In this document: positions 39,536 through 48,857 of the stretch, piece by piece
Layout: the number at the start of each line of letters is the position of its first letter
How positions within the stretch are numbered: position 1 is the first letter of the stretch
Origin: an uncultured Candidatus Binatia bacterium
GTDB lineage: Bacteria; Desulfobacterota; Binatia; UBA9968; JAJDTQ01
Reading direction: 5' to 3'
Length of the DNA stretch: 64,000 bases
Assembly: GCA_965215605.1 (NCBI GenBank)
Contig: OZ244070.1
Coordinates: 768,001 to 832,000, forward strand
Made by a program: the position numbers and the translations under genes
The notes under the pieces: generated by a model
Seen by the model: only the letters and a program-made list of their open reading frames with translations
What the model was told of the DNA's origin: nothing
Databases searched by the model: none

Positions 39536-40429
39536 CTACCTTGGCTGCGCAGCGAAGAATTCGAAGGTGAATTGATCCTCGGACCGCGCGTCAACAACGG
39601 CTCGGTAGGCACGCGCCATAAAGTTGGGGGCCTCCTCATGATCGCTCGCGTGTAGCATGTAGTACATGATGTTCCCCGAATCATCTTGTTGCCGTATTGC
39701 GTAGGCGTCGACGAAGGTGTATCCGAGGTCGTTTTTCAGCCGGTCGGCAAACGCCTGGCATCTCTGGGGCCGCTGCCACTCAGCGAAGGACGCCCAGTCG
39801 TTTCGACCCCACCAGCGGGCCAACGTCTCTCTTTTTGTGTCTTCGTGCATGGCTGCGACGGCACGCTCAAACCAACTGTTCGGCAGAAAGTAAAACAGCT
39901 CGATTTTTCGGCGTCGCGGGTCCTGATAACGTGCGAGGGCTTCTACCGTGGCCCAGTCGCATTCAAATGTTTGCTGATCCAGAAGGCAAAAGACGGCCTC
40001 TCTCTCCCCGATGTCGCCGGATTCGAGCAAGTGCTGGACACTTCGATTGAAGTCCGTGTGGTAGACCTGAATGTCGCGGTCGGGGTGATCGGCTTTCAGG
40101 GCCTGCAGACGACGGGCTTTGGAGGTGTCGTTGTCAAAGAGGTGAAAGTGGCGGAGCCACTTGGGTTCCATCTCCAAGGCCAACTTTGCCGCCCAACTAT
40201 CAGGATGGTCGATGGCCTGTGGTCCGGCAAACCCGTCCATATACGTGCCGTGCTTCGTAACCATCACGAAGTAATGGAGGTACCGCTCGATCAGCTTGGC
40301 CTTGTTCTCTGTCCAGATAGGTGGTGGAGTGACGCCCCTGCGCTTCCCTCTCGGGGCGTAGGCTGTCTTTGGCGGCGGGATCTCGAAAGGGAGGGTTTCC
40401 GTCTGGCTAGTATGCTTCTTGCGTGCCAT
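39536..40429 (-). CDS. tcmP: Three-Cys-motif partner protein TcmP (methyltransferase-like)
   Basis: WT..K..L...[24 protein letters not shown]; overlaps the DUF5131 gene. Confidence 0.8.
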   Translation of the reverse strand: MARKKHTSQTETLPFEIPPPKTAYAPRGKRRGVTPPPIWTENKAKLIERYLHYFVMVTKHGTYMDGFAGPQAIDHPDSWAAKLALEMEPKWLRHFHLFDNDTSKARRLQALKADHPDRDIQVYHTDFNRSVQHLLESGDIGEREAVFCLLDQQTFECDWATVEALARYQDPRRRKIELFYFLPNSWFERAVAAMHEDTKRETLARWWGRNDWASFAEWQRPQRCQAFADRLKNDLGYTFVDAYAIRQQDDSGNIMYYMLHASDHEEAPNFMARAYRAVVDARSEDQFTFEFFAAQPR

Positions 40430-41168
40430 CCGGAGTTGCTAGTCCATGCTGCATTAGACCAACGCGGGGCATGCCGTTCCACTCTCTGTTGTCAAGCATC
40501 CTGCCGCCGGACTTGGCGGTTCTGCCGCCCCATTGCTTGAAGAAGAAGGGAACCGCCGCAGCGGAGCATTGAAGAACGATATCCCGGACCCACCGAGTCT
40601 CGATGGGGCGGTGGTCAGGCCCGCTTTCGCCACCCACAATCACCCAGTCAATGCCCTCCAGGGGTAGCCGGTCTATCGGCCCGAGTAACGGCTCCAGGGA
40701 CAGGAACTTCACGGCCGCCGGGGTCTTGGCGAGATCCTCAATTCTCCAAAGGTAGTCCTCACTTTCGACGGACACACCCTGCCAGATGTTGGGGGACCAG
40801 GAGAGTTCGCTACACAATTCAGACAGACGCCTTGACCGCTTCGTCAACACCTGAAAGACATGCCACGGAGCCTGCCCCATCGTCTGAAACACGTCCCGGA
40901 TGAATCGGTCCGGTACTAACTCGTGGAAGAGGTCGCTCATGCTGTTGACGAAGATCCGACGCGAACTCTTCCACCTCAGAGGCAACTCCAACTGGTCTCG
41001 ATGCAAGGTAACGGAGAAGCCGTTGGTATAGCGCGGGTTCGCCATCCTTTGGAGGCGCGTGGCCAGCCGCTCGGCGTAGCAGTGCTTGCACCCCGGGCTG
41101 ACTTTCGTGCACCCGGTGACCGGATTCCAGGTTGCGTCTGTCCACTCTATAGGTGAATTCTCGGCCAT
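40407..41168 (-). CDS. DUF5131 (phage Gp37/Gp68) family protein, three-Cys motif
   Basis: [59 protein letters not shown]. Confidence 0.93.
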   Translation of the reverse strand: MAENSPIEWTDATWNPVTGCTKVSPGCKHCYAERLATRLQRMANPRYTNGFSVTLHRDQLELPLRWKSSRRIFVNSMSDLFHELVPDRFIRDVFQTMGQAPWHVFQVLTKRSRRLSELCSELSWSPNIWQGVSVESEDYLWRIEDLAKTPAAVKFLSLEPLLGPIDRLPLEGIDWVIVGGESGPDHRPIETRWVRDIVLQCSAAAVPFFFKQWGGRTAKSGGRMLDNREWNGMPRVGLMQHGLATPDGTQEAY

Positions 41169-41310
41169 TTCTCCGGAAGGTACTGGGTCAGCGGTCCGAT
41201 TGCAAGGCAGCTACCGGGCCATACTGGAACAGGGGGCCGATGCCCGGAGCCAACATTAGGGGCTTTGCCTAGCGACCCGCATGCCTGAGTATCCGTGCCG
41301 TTGTATGACA

Positions 41311-41334
41311 GGCAGGGTTCAAACCCGCCCCTAC
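41311..41334 (-). repeat. GTAG-type REP element
   Basis: GTAGGGGCGGGTTTGAACCCTGCC; overlaps the TAG stop of the OCD-like gene. Confidence 0.72.
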
Positions 41335-42401
41335 CGTTCGTCCTCGTACCAGTCGTCGATGGAGAACTCCTTGCCCAGGCCCCGCTCCCGGGCAAGCGCC
41401 ACGGCTCTGCCTCCCAGCGCCGCGAACTGGGCGCCGAAACCCACGTTGTTGCAGAAGAACGTGATCTCCCGATCGTTTTCGCGGGAACGCGCCTGCCCGG
41501 TTATCACCTCGCCCAGCTCGGCGTAGTCGTCCCAGGGCACGTTCTTTTCGAATGGCGCGAAACGCGGCGCCAGCGTTTCCCGTAGAACCGGGGGCGCGAA
41601 GTTCAGTCCCTCGTTGCAGCGGCCCTCGCGCATGCTCAGCACCGTGTGGTCCGCGCGGGTGAAGCAGGCCTCGTCGATATCGCGTCCGGAAATGGCGTCC
41701 AGATGCACTCCCGGACCGAGCCACTCCCCGAAGAACACCGGATCGATGGTGTTGGTGCAGACGACGACGATGTCGACGCCTCGCGCGGCCGCCACCGGAT
41801 TGTCCACGGCTTCGGCGTCGAGGTGAAGGTTTTGCCTCGCGTTCTCGGCGAACCGTTCCCGGTTCGCCCGGGTGGGGCTGAACACCTTGACGGACTTCAG
41901 CGTGCGGACTACCCCGAGGCCCATCAGCACACCCTCGGCAAGCCAGCCCGAGCCGATGACGCCGACGCGGGACCCATCCGCCGGGGCCAAGTATTCGGCT
42001 GCGACTCCATGCGTGCCGGCGATGCGCAGCTTCTGCAAATACGCATCCTGCACCACCGCCTGGAGGTCGGCCGTCTCCAGGTCGAAGATCAGGTCGAAGG
42101 CGAGGAACTTGCCGTTCTTCTTGGGCACCTTGTCGTACCGCTGGTTTTCGCCGATGCGCGGCCAGCGGTGCAGGTCCGGAAGGATCCGCATGCCCACCGA
42201 GCCCAGGGCGGGGACGATGCCGTCCATGGTCCGCAGCTCCACGAAGGTCCCCGGTTCAGAGGTCTCGGCGAAGGTCTGGCTGCGCGTGCGGGTGACCGCC
42301 GTCCCCGCGGCGAGGCCGCGATAGGTCTCCCTCATCACCTCCACCGCCGTTTCCGCCGAGATCAGTTCCTTGACATCGCTGTTGCTCAAAAGAATCGGCA
42401 T
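41331..42401 (-). CDS. Ornithine cyclodeaminase/mu-crystallin family protein
   Basis: KLRIAGTHGVAAEYLA, VIGSGWLA, VVCTN, GAQFAAL. Confidence 0.88.
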   Translation of the reverse strand: MPILLSNSDVKELISAETAVEVMRETYRGLAAGTAVTRTRSQTFAETSEPGTFVELRTMDGIVPALGSVGMRILPDLHRWPRIGENQRYDKVPKKNGKFLAFDLIFDLETADLQAVVQDAYLQKLRIAGTHGVAAEYLAPADGSRVGVIGSGWLAEGVLMGLGVVRTLKSVKVFSPTRANRERFAENARQNLHLDAEAVDNPVAAARGVDIVVVCTNTIDPVFFGEWLGPGVHLDAISGRDIDEACFTRADHTVLSMREGRCNEGLNFAPPVLRETLAPRFAPFEKNVPWDDYAELGEVITGQARSRENDREITFFCNNVGFGAQFAALGGRAVALARERGLGKEFSIDDWYEDER

Positions 42402-42526
42402 GGTCACCTCCGGTCTCTGTCCGCCGTCTTGCCTCCATCCGGACAATTGCGGTATGGCTGCGGTCGTCCCATCGGAACTTTGGATCGTGCCCGGGCATGG
42501 CCCGTTTGATAAGGGAGGACCCTCCG

Positions 42527-43645
42527 ATGATCGTAATCGACGCCGACGCGCACGTGGAAGAGTCTCCGGCCACCTTCGCCGACGCCTACCTGGACCCGGC
42601 CTACCGGAAACGCAGGCCACAGGTGGTCAACTCCGAGGGGCGGCTCTACTGGCGCGTGGAGGACCAGATCTACCCCCGCCTGTTCGGACGCGGCTGCCAC
42701 AACATGGGAACGCCGGCTCACTACGAGGGCCAGCGTTCCTTCTATACCGCCTCCAAGCCGGAAAGCATCGAGAGCATCGAGATCAGCCAGCCGGAGGCCC
42801 GCCTCAAGGACATGGCCGACGAGGACCTGGGGGTGCAGGTCATCTATCCGAGCTTCTTCCTGGTCCATCCGCTGGTGGACGACCCGGAGCTCGGCGCGGC
42901 CCTGTGCGGCTCCTACAACCGCTGGCTCGCGGACGCCACGGGCTCCACCGACCAGCTCCACTGGGCCGCGGTGGTGGATCTGAACAACGTTCCCGCCTCC
43001 GTGGAGCAGGTGCGCGAGGCCAAGCGCCTGGGGGCGGTGGCGGTGATGATCCTCGGCACCGTGGGCGAGCGCACCCTGGACCACCCGAGCCTCTTCCCGT
43101 TCTACGAAGCCCTGGCGGAGGAGGACCTGACGCTGGCCGTCCACGTGGGCTGGTCCTGCCCGCCGCTGAGCAACATGTACGACCACCTGTACCCCGGCAC
43201 CATCATTCCATTCATGGTGCCGTTGCTCATGGGATTCACGGCCATGATCACCGGCGGCGTCCTGGACCGCTTCCCGACCCTGCGGGTGGCGTTCCTGGAA
43301 GCCGGCTGCCTGTGGGTCCACTTCCTCATGGACCGGCTGGAGCACCGCTTCGCCTTCACCAACCGCTTCGGCAAGTCCATACCCGAGGCGGCGCCCCGGG
43401 CCGCCGTATCCCCCGCGGAGTACATGAGCCGCGGCAACCTCTTCCTCAGCACCGAGGTGGAAGACCCGCTGCTGCCGCAGGTGCTGGACCTCGTCGGCGA
43501 AGACCGCATCGTCTTCGGCTCGGACATGCCCCACGGCGACCGGGACCGGTTCGCGGTGCGGGAGTTCCGCGGACGGAACGACATCAGCGAATCGGCCAGG
43601 GAGAAGATCCTCAACGCCAATCCGAAACGGCTCTACGGTATCTGA
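42527..43645 (+). CDS. Amidohydrolase family protein (Amidohydro_2)
   Basis: IDADAHVEE, SYNRW, AVHVG, AFLEAG, FGSDMPH. Confidence 0.9.
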   Translation: MIVIDADAHVEESPATFADAYLDPAYRKRRPQVVNSEGRLYWRVEDQIYPRLFGRGCHNMGTPAHYEGQRSFYTASKPESIESIEISQPEARLKDMADEDLGVQVIYPSFFLVHPLVDDPELGAALCGSYNRWLADATGSTDQLHWAAVVDLNNVPASVEQVREAKRLGAVAVMILGTVGERTLDHPSLFPFYEALAEEDLTLAVHVGWSCPPLSNMYDHLYPGTIIPFMVPLLMGFTAMITGGVLDRFPTLRVAFLEAGCLWVHFLMDRLEHRFAFTNRFGKSIPEAAPRAAVSPAEYMSRGNLFLSTEVEDPLLPQVLDLVGEDRIVFGSDMPHGDRDRFAVREFRGRNDISESAREKILNANPKRLYGI

Positions 43646-43697
43646 CCGAAGGCCGCGGACCCTGGTGTCCTGTCCGTCTATCCGGAACAACGTGGGG

Positions 43698-44135
43698 TCA
43701 CCAGGGCAGCAACAGGCCCCTGTACAATGGGAGGTAAAGGTAGACCACGGCGACATGCAGCAACGCCGCGCACACCACCGCGGCACCCACCGCGGCGGCC
43801 CAGCCGACCCGCGCTTCCAGCCGGTAGTAACCCAACACCGCCAGGGGCAGTCCCCATCGGAAGCCCATCAGCAGGACCAGCGCGAAGAACACTCCGATCC
43901 ATGCGAACGCGGCGCGGGCCCGGGCCGTGTCCTCGGCCCTCGCCCCGTCAGTCCGGGCGGCTGTCGACCTCCAGTGCAACACGTCGCCCGCCAGGCTCCA
44001 AACCGCCAGTCCCAGCCCGGCGGCCCCGATAAGCAACGGGAACGTGGCGGTTTCGGGCTCCCACTGAAGTGTCGTGAGGATGATGCCGGCGAACAAGGCG
44101 GCGACGATGCCGCCCAGGACGATCTCGCGGAGCAC
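43698..44135 (-). CDS. tctB: Tripartite tricarboxylate transporter small subunit
   Basis: Hydrophobic, FPLL motif, C-terminal LPL..G; GTG start overlaps the tctA stop. Confidence 0.7.
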   Translation of the reverse strand: MLREIVLGGIVAALFAGIILTTLQWEPETATFPLLIGAAGLGLAVWSLAGDVLHWRSTAARTDGARAEDTARARAAFAWIGVFFALVLLMGFRWGLPLAVLGYYRLEARVGWAAAVGAAVVCAALLHVAVVYLYLPLYRGLLLPW

Positions 44136-45604
44136 TAGCGCCCCCTCCCGCGGACCGCCACGAAGACCACCAGCATCATCACGGCGATGCAGACCAGCGG
44201 GATCGGCCGGGTGAGAAACGCCACGCCGTAGCTCGCCAGCGAGATGGCCAGATTGTTCTCGGCCAGCGGACCCAGGATAAAACCCACCAGCAGCGGCGCC
44301 CGGGCCCAATCGAACCGCATCATCAGATACCCCAGCACGCCGAACAACAGGGTGAGGACGAGCGTGTACGGGTGGGGGTAGGCGACATAGGCGCCGAACA
44401 GCACGAACAGCAGCAACGCCGGGATCAACAGGTTGCTCTTGAGGAAGGCGATGCGCGCGGCGGGGCGGGTGACGGCGATGCACACGGCGGTGGCCAGCAG
44501 GTTCGACAGCACCAGCACGAGGACCATGGAAAAGCTGAGGGACAGTTTCTCGCCCAGCATCTCGGGGCCGGGATTGACGCCCAGAATCAGGAACGCCGCC
44601 AGCAGGATGGCGGACGTCGCCCCGCCGGGAACGCCGAACGCCAGCAGCGGCACCAACTCGCCGCCCGCCGAGGCGTTGTTGGCGCTCTCGGGCGCGATGA
44701 CGCCCTTGATCTCGCCCTTGCCGAACCGTTCGCGCTCGGCGCCTTCGGCCCCCTGGACCGCCATGCCATAGGCATAGAAGGCCGCGGCCGTGCCGCCAAT
44801 GCCCGGGATGGCGCCGCCCACCACCCCCACCACCGCGCTCCGCACCACCAGCCACCGGTTGGCGATGCAGGCCCGGAGTCCGGGCCGGAACCCTTCGCCC
44901 ATGTCCACGTGCGTACGTTCCGCGATGCGCCCGCGTATGGCCAGTGACACCACCTCCGGCAACGCGAACAGCCCCATGATGATGGGCACGGTGTGGAGCC
45001 CATCGAGCAGGTAATCCGAGCCGAAGGTAAACCGCGCCACCCCCAGTTGCGGGTCCTGGCCGACGGTGCCGAGCCACAGGCCCAAGGCGCCCGCCATCAG
45101 CCCCTTGATCGGCTTCGCGCCGCTCAGGAAACTGATCATCAGGATACCCAGGACCACCAGCATGAAGCGTTCCGGCGCGGCGAAGGCCAGCACCACCGGC
45201 TGCAGCGCGGGCAACGCCGCCAACAGCACCAGCGCGCCGATGATGCCGCCGACGGCGGAGACCATGAAGGCCGCGGTGAGGCCGCGGGCGGCATCGCCGT
45301 TGCGTGCCATGGGGTAACCGTCCAGGATGGTGGCAGCCGCGCTGGGGCTGCCGGGCACGTTGAAGAAGAACGCGGGGAAGGTGTTGGAGGTATGCACCGC
45401 CGACACCAGTGAGAGCATGATCGCGAACGCCACGAAGGGGGACAGGCTCCAGACGAACGGGAGCAGCAGCACGATGCCGAGGACCGCATTCAGGCCCGGC
45501 ACCGCGCCGAAGACGAGCCCCAGCAGCAACCCCAGCAGAACCCCGCCAAGCACCGGCAGGGTGAAGGTGATGGCGAGGGCCTCGAAGAACGCCTCAAGAG
45601 CCAT
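44135..45604 (-). CDS. tctA: Tripartite tricarboxylate transporter permease
   Basis: GAVPGL, PGSPSAAATILDGYPMA, APESANNA, FGVPG. Confidence 0.93.
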   Translation of the reverse strand: MALEAFFEALAITFTLPVLGGVLLGLLLGLVFGAVPGLNAVLGIVLLLPFVWSLSPFVAFAIMLSLVSAVHTSNTFPAFFFNVPGSPSAAATILDGYPMARNGDAARGLTAAFMVSAVGGIIGALVLLAALPALQPVVLAFAAPERFMLVVLGILMISFLSGAKPIKGLMAGALGLWLGTVGQDPQLGVARFTFGSDYLLDGLHTVPIIMGLFALPEVVSLAIRGRIAERTHVDMGEGFRPGLRACIANRWLVVRSAVVGVVGGAIPGIGGTAAAFYAYGMAVQGAEGAERERFGKGEIKGVIAPESANNASAGGELVPLLAFGVPGGATSAILLAAFLILGVNPGPEMLGEKLSLSFSMVLVLVLSNLLATAVCIAVTRPAARIAFLKSNLLIPALLLFVLFGAYVAYPHPYTLVLTLLFGVLGYLMMRFDWARAPLLVGFILGPLAENNLAISLASYGVAFLTRPIPLVCIAVMMLVVFVAVRGRGR

Positions 45605-45656
45605 TGCGTGGAAGCGCGCCGCGCGCTACGGACGCGGGCCGCTCATTTCCATGGCG

Positions 45657-46703
45657 CTATTTCAACAGCGTCTTCAACCGGTCCTGGATGTCCACGGGGA
45701 GGTTGAAGACCGAGAGGATAAGCTTCTCCGCCTCCTGGGCATTCAGGGTGTTCAGCACGAACCCTTGGTCGGTGGCGGTCTTCCTGAACTCGGGATCGGC
45801 CATCATGTCCGCCATGGCCTTCTTGAGGATGGCGGCCCGCTCCGCCGGCAGTCCCGGCGTGGCCCCGAACGGCCGGCTGGCGCTCAGGAGCCCCGAGAAC
45901 GCCACCCAGGCGTCACGGTCCTTGGGATCGTCGATGCCGTCGACGAACTTCGGAAGCGCCGCAACCTCCGCCTTGAGGGGGTCCGGAGGCGGGGCGCCGC
46001 CCATGGACAGGACCAGCTTGATGGTGCCGTCCTTCTGCATCTCCCGGGTCGCAGAATTGACCATGACGGCGGACCCGGCCGTCGACACGGCGTCCACCTC
46101 GTTCTGCTTCATGGCCAGCGCCATGGGGTTGTAGCCCTTGTAGCCCGCCACCAGCCGGATGTTGAACTTGCCGGCGCGTTGCAGGAACTTGGGCGCCTGG
46201 GTGAGCAGCGAACTCGGCCCCGACGCGCCGACACGGATGGGCGTCTTGGCGTTCTTGAAGTCCGCGATGGTGCGCTCGGGCCGGTTCGACCGAAGCGCGA
46301 AGATGTAGTGCGCGCCGCCCACGCTGCCGAGCCACGTCAGCTTCTTGAAGTCGATGTCCTTGATGCCGCCGGTGAGGCTTCGCACCACCATGGGACTGGT
46401 GAAGTGGATCAGCGACAGGCCGTCGGGCTCGGCCCTGTAAACGGACCGCAGCCCGATGACGCCGCCGGCGCCGGGGCGGTTGTGCACGATGGCGGCCGGA
46501 TTTCCGGGAATGTGCCTGGGCAGGAACTTCGCCGCCAGCCGCGACATGCGATCGTAGGTGCCGCCCGTGGAATAGGGACAAACGATGGTGATGGTCTTGC
46601 CGGCGTAGAAGTCCGCCGCTCCCGCCAGGGAGCCGGCGAACATCAAGGCGGCAACGGCGGCGACAAACGTGATCCCGCGAATGGTTCGATAAGTCTTCAT
46701 CAT
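45657..46703 (-). CDS. tctC: Tripartite tricarboxylate transporter substrate-binding protein (Bug)
   Basis: Signal peptide, FYAGKTITI..P...GG.YD, NRPGAGG, PDGL, GYKG. Confidence 0.88.
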   Translation of the reverse strand: MMKTYRTIRGITFVAAVAALMFAGSLAGAADFYAGKTITIVCPYSTGGTYDRMSRLAAKFLPRHIPGNPAAIVHNRPGAGGVIGLRSVYRAEPDGLSLIHFTSPMVVRSLTGGIKDIDFKKLTWLGSVGGAHYIFALRSNRPERTIADFKNAKTPIRVGASGPSSLLTQAPKFLQRAGKFNIRLVAGYKGYNPMALAMKQNEVDAVSTAGSAVMVNSATREMQKDGTIKLVLSMGGAPPPDPLKAEVAALPKFVDGIDDPKDRDAWVAFSGLLSASRPFGATPGLPAERAAILKKAMADMMADPEFRKTATDQGFVLNTLNAQEAEKLILSVFNLPVDIQDRLKTLLK

Positions 46704-46816
46704 GCCCTCCTGTGTGTGAAGTTCACGAAGTTGGTGGGACACGACATAGGCCTATCCCACCGGCAGGTGAACCGCAACCACCGGCCGCCCACGCCGCGGC
46801 ATCCATGTCTTCTTGG

Positions 46817-48664
46817 TCAGGATCGGGCGGGCGGGCGCCCGCGGTCCAGCGGAACGTACCGGGGCCAGCCGCCCGACACGACGGTATCGAGGGAACGGGT
46901 GGGCTGTCCGAACCGGATCCGGTAGATCCACAGGTTGGTCAGCACCCGCTCGATGAAGATGCGGGTTTCCCGGCTGGGGATGCTTTCGATGAACAGCAGC
47001 GGATCGTCGCGGTAGTCGACCTTGCGCTGCCATTTCCGGAGCCTCGCGGGGCCGCTGTTGTACGCCGACAACGCGTAGAAGAGGTTGCCTTCGATGCCCT
47101 CCCGCGACAGCAGGTAGCGAAGATACTTCTGGCCCAGGGTGAGGTTGAGCACCGGGTCCATCAGCTCCTGGCTATGCGCGCCCCGATAGCGCCGTCCCGC
47201 CATGACAGCCGCGGTCCGGGGCATGAGCTGCATCAACCCGTGGGCGCCGCGGGGGCTCCGGGCCCAGGCCCGGAAATTGGACTCCTGCCGCATCACCGCG
47301 AACAGGAAGGCCCGGTCCAGGGTATAACCGCCGTCGGGCTCCCAGATGGGCAACGGGTAGAGCGCCGAGTCCACCGGGATGCCGGTCCGCGACAGCAGGC
47401 TTTCGGCCGTGCGGTAGGACAGGTCCGCCAATCCCGATTCGGAGGCCAGCGACAGCATCACCAAGGCCAAACGGGGGGACAGACGGTGGGCGAACCGGCG
47501 GAGTTCGGCCCCCGCCCGGACGTGTTCGCCCACCTGACTCAGGGCCACGGAGCGGCGCACCGGCTTCATCGCCATCAACGCTTCAAGGTCGGCGGCGCTG
47601 AGCCGGCGCATGCCGAAATCGAGGGACGGCTGTTTGCCCAGAGCGGTGATGGCCAACAGCCCGTAGAACGTACGCGGATGGCGCGCGGCCGCGTGCAGCA
47701 TCAGGGCCGCCCGGCGGGAGTCGCCGGCGGCCCGGTAAGCGCGGCTGGCCCAGTAGCCCCCCGCCGATACCAGCCAAGGCGTCACGGACTTCGACTCCGC
47801 CAGCACGCCGAAGAGCCCCGCGGCACGGCGATACTCACCCAGACGCCACGCGGCGAGACCACCCCACCAGTATCCCAGTGGGACCCGTTCGCCCGACCCG
47901 GCCGCCACCCGGACCGCCGCCTTCAGCGCCTCACGGTCCTTGTTCCAGAAGAAGTAGCCCCTGGCCACCCATGCGAGGCTCTCATCGAAGCTCGTGGCGT
48001 CCAAAAGACCGTCCCGGCGCCGTCCTTCCAGGAACTCGATGGCCTCGGTCACATGGCCTTCCGACACCAACTCCCGGACCCGCTGCTGGATCTCGCGCAC
48101 ATCTGGCGACCGGGACCTGGAGCGACCCTCCGGATCCGGAACGATCCGCCGCCGGCCGTTGCTGCGCGGATGCAACACCGCCGGCAACGGGTCGGATTTG
48201 ACCTCGGACACCAGCACGCCCCGGGCGGGAGCCCGTGGCGACTTCCAGCCGTCGGGTTGGCGCCGCTTCGCCAGCCGGAAGATTCGCCGTGCGCCGGGAT
48301 GGTCGGCGTACTGCTCCATCCACGTCCACAGCTCCCCATAGGAAGAACGGTATAGAGTCGGGTGCATCAAGCGCTGAAACCGGACGTGACCCATGAGGAT
48401 ACGATCCTGTATCCGCTTGATCAGCGAGTCGGCCTCGTCCCAGCGCCCTTCCTTCTGCAGCACGAACACGCTCCGGTAGAAGGCGGCGTCGCGCTTCGAC
48501 AGAAGCTTCGGCACGTTGGACTGCGGGCGCGTTTGGACGCCCGGCACCCGTAGCGATGCCGTGTTGACTCCCGAACGCGATTGCGCGGCCGCGGTCCAGG
48601 CACCAAAGGCACTCGCCCCCAGCGCCAAGGCCATGGCCGTCGCGACTGTCTTCTTGTGCTCCAC
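46817..48664 (-). CDS. Soluble lytic transglycosylase (Slt domain)
   Basis: AVMRQESNF, SPRGAHGLMQLMP.TA, AYNSGP, ETR.F. Confidence 0.92.
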   Translation of the reverse strand: MEHKKTVATAMALALGASAFGAWTAAAQSRSGVNTASLRVPGVQTRPQSNVPKLLSKRDAAFYRSVFVLQKEGRWDEADSLIKRIQDRILMGHVRFQRLMHPTLYRSSYGELWTWMEQYADHPGARRIFRLAKRRQPDGWKSPRAPARGVLVSEVKSDPLPAVLHPRSNGRRRIVPDPEGRSRSRSPDVREIQQRVRELVSEGHVTEAIEFLEGRRRDGLLDATSFDESLAWVARGYFFWNKDREALKAAVRVAAGSGERVPLGYWWGGLAAWRLGEYRRAAGLFGVLAESKSVTPWLVSAGGYWASRAYRAAGDSRRAALMLHAAARHPRTFYGLLAITALGKQPSLDFGMRRLSAADLEALMAMKPVRRSVALSQVGEHVRAGAELRRFAHRLSPRLALVMLSLASESGLADLSYRTAESLLSRTGIPVDSALYPLPIWEPDGGYTLDRAFLFAVMRQESNFRAWARSPRGAHGLMQLMPRTAAVMAGRRYRGAHSQELMDPVLNLTLGQKYLRYLLSREGIEGNLFYALSAYNSGPARLRKWQRKVDYRDDPLLFIESIPSRETRIFIERVLTNLWIYRIRFGQPTRSLDTVVSGGWPRYVPLDRGRPPARS

Positions 48665-48698
48665 GTTTCCTCTTCCGAACGTAAACGGCCACAGGGCC

Positions 48699-48857
48699 GT
48701 GTCCTGACTATTGCAAATGTACACCAGTTTCAAGCGATTTCCGAATTATCTCCAGCCGGGTCGAGGGCATGCTTTCGCGGGAATGACGTTCGTAGAAATG
48801 CGTTGGATCACTCTTCACCGTCCTTTTTGCAACATTGGGGTTGACCAGGCAGGACAC
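48699..48857. mobile_element. MITE-like element with GTGTCCTG/CAGGACAC termini
   Basis: 8-bp terminal IR, right end followed by TAG; AT-richer interior. Confidence 0.5.

Larger units (their letters stand above)
31735..41314. mobile_element. Defence island (~9.6 kb)
   Basis: Visibly lower GC and relaxed codon bias; defence gene content; bounded by GGGTTCAAAC at 31725-31734 and 41315-41324; no integrase. Confidence 0.7.
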
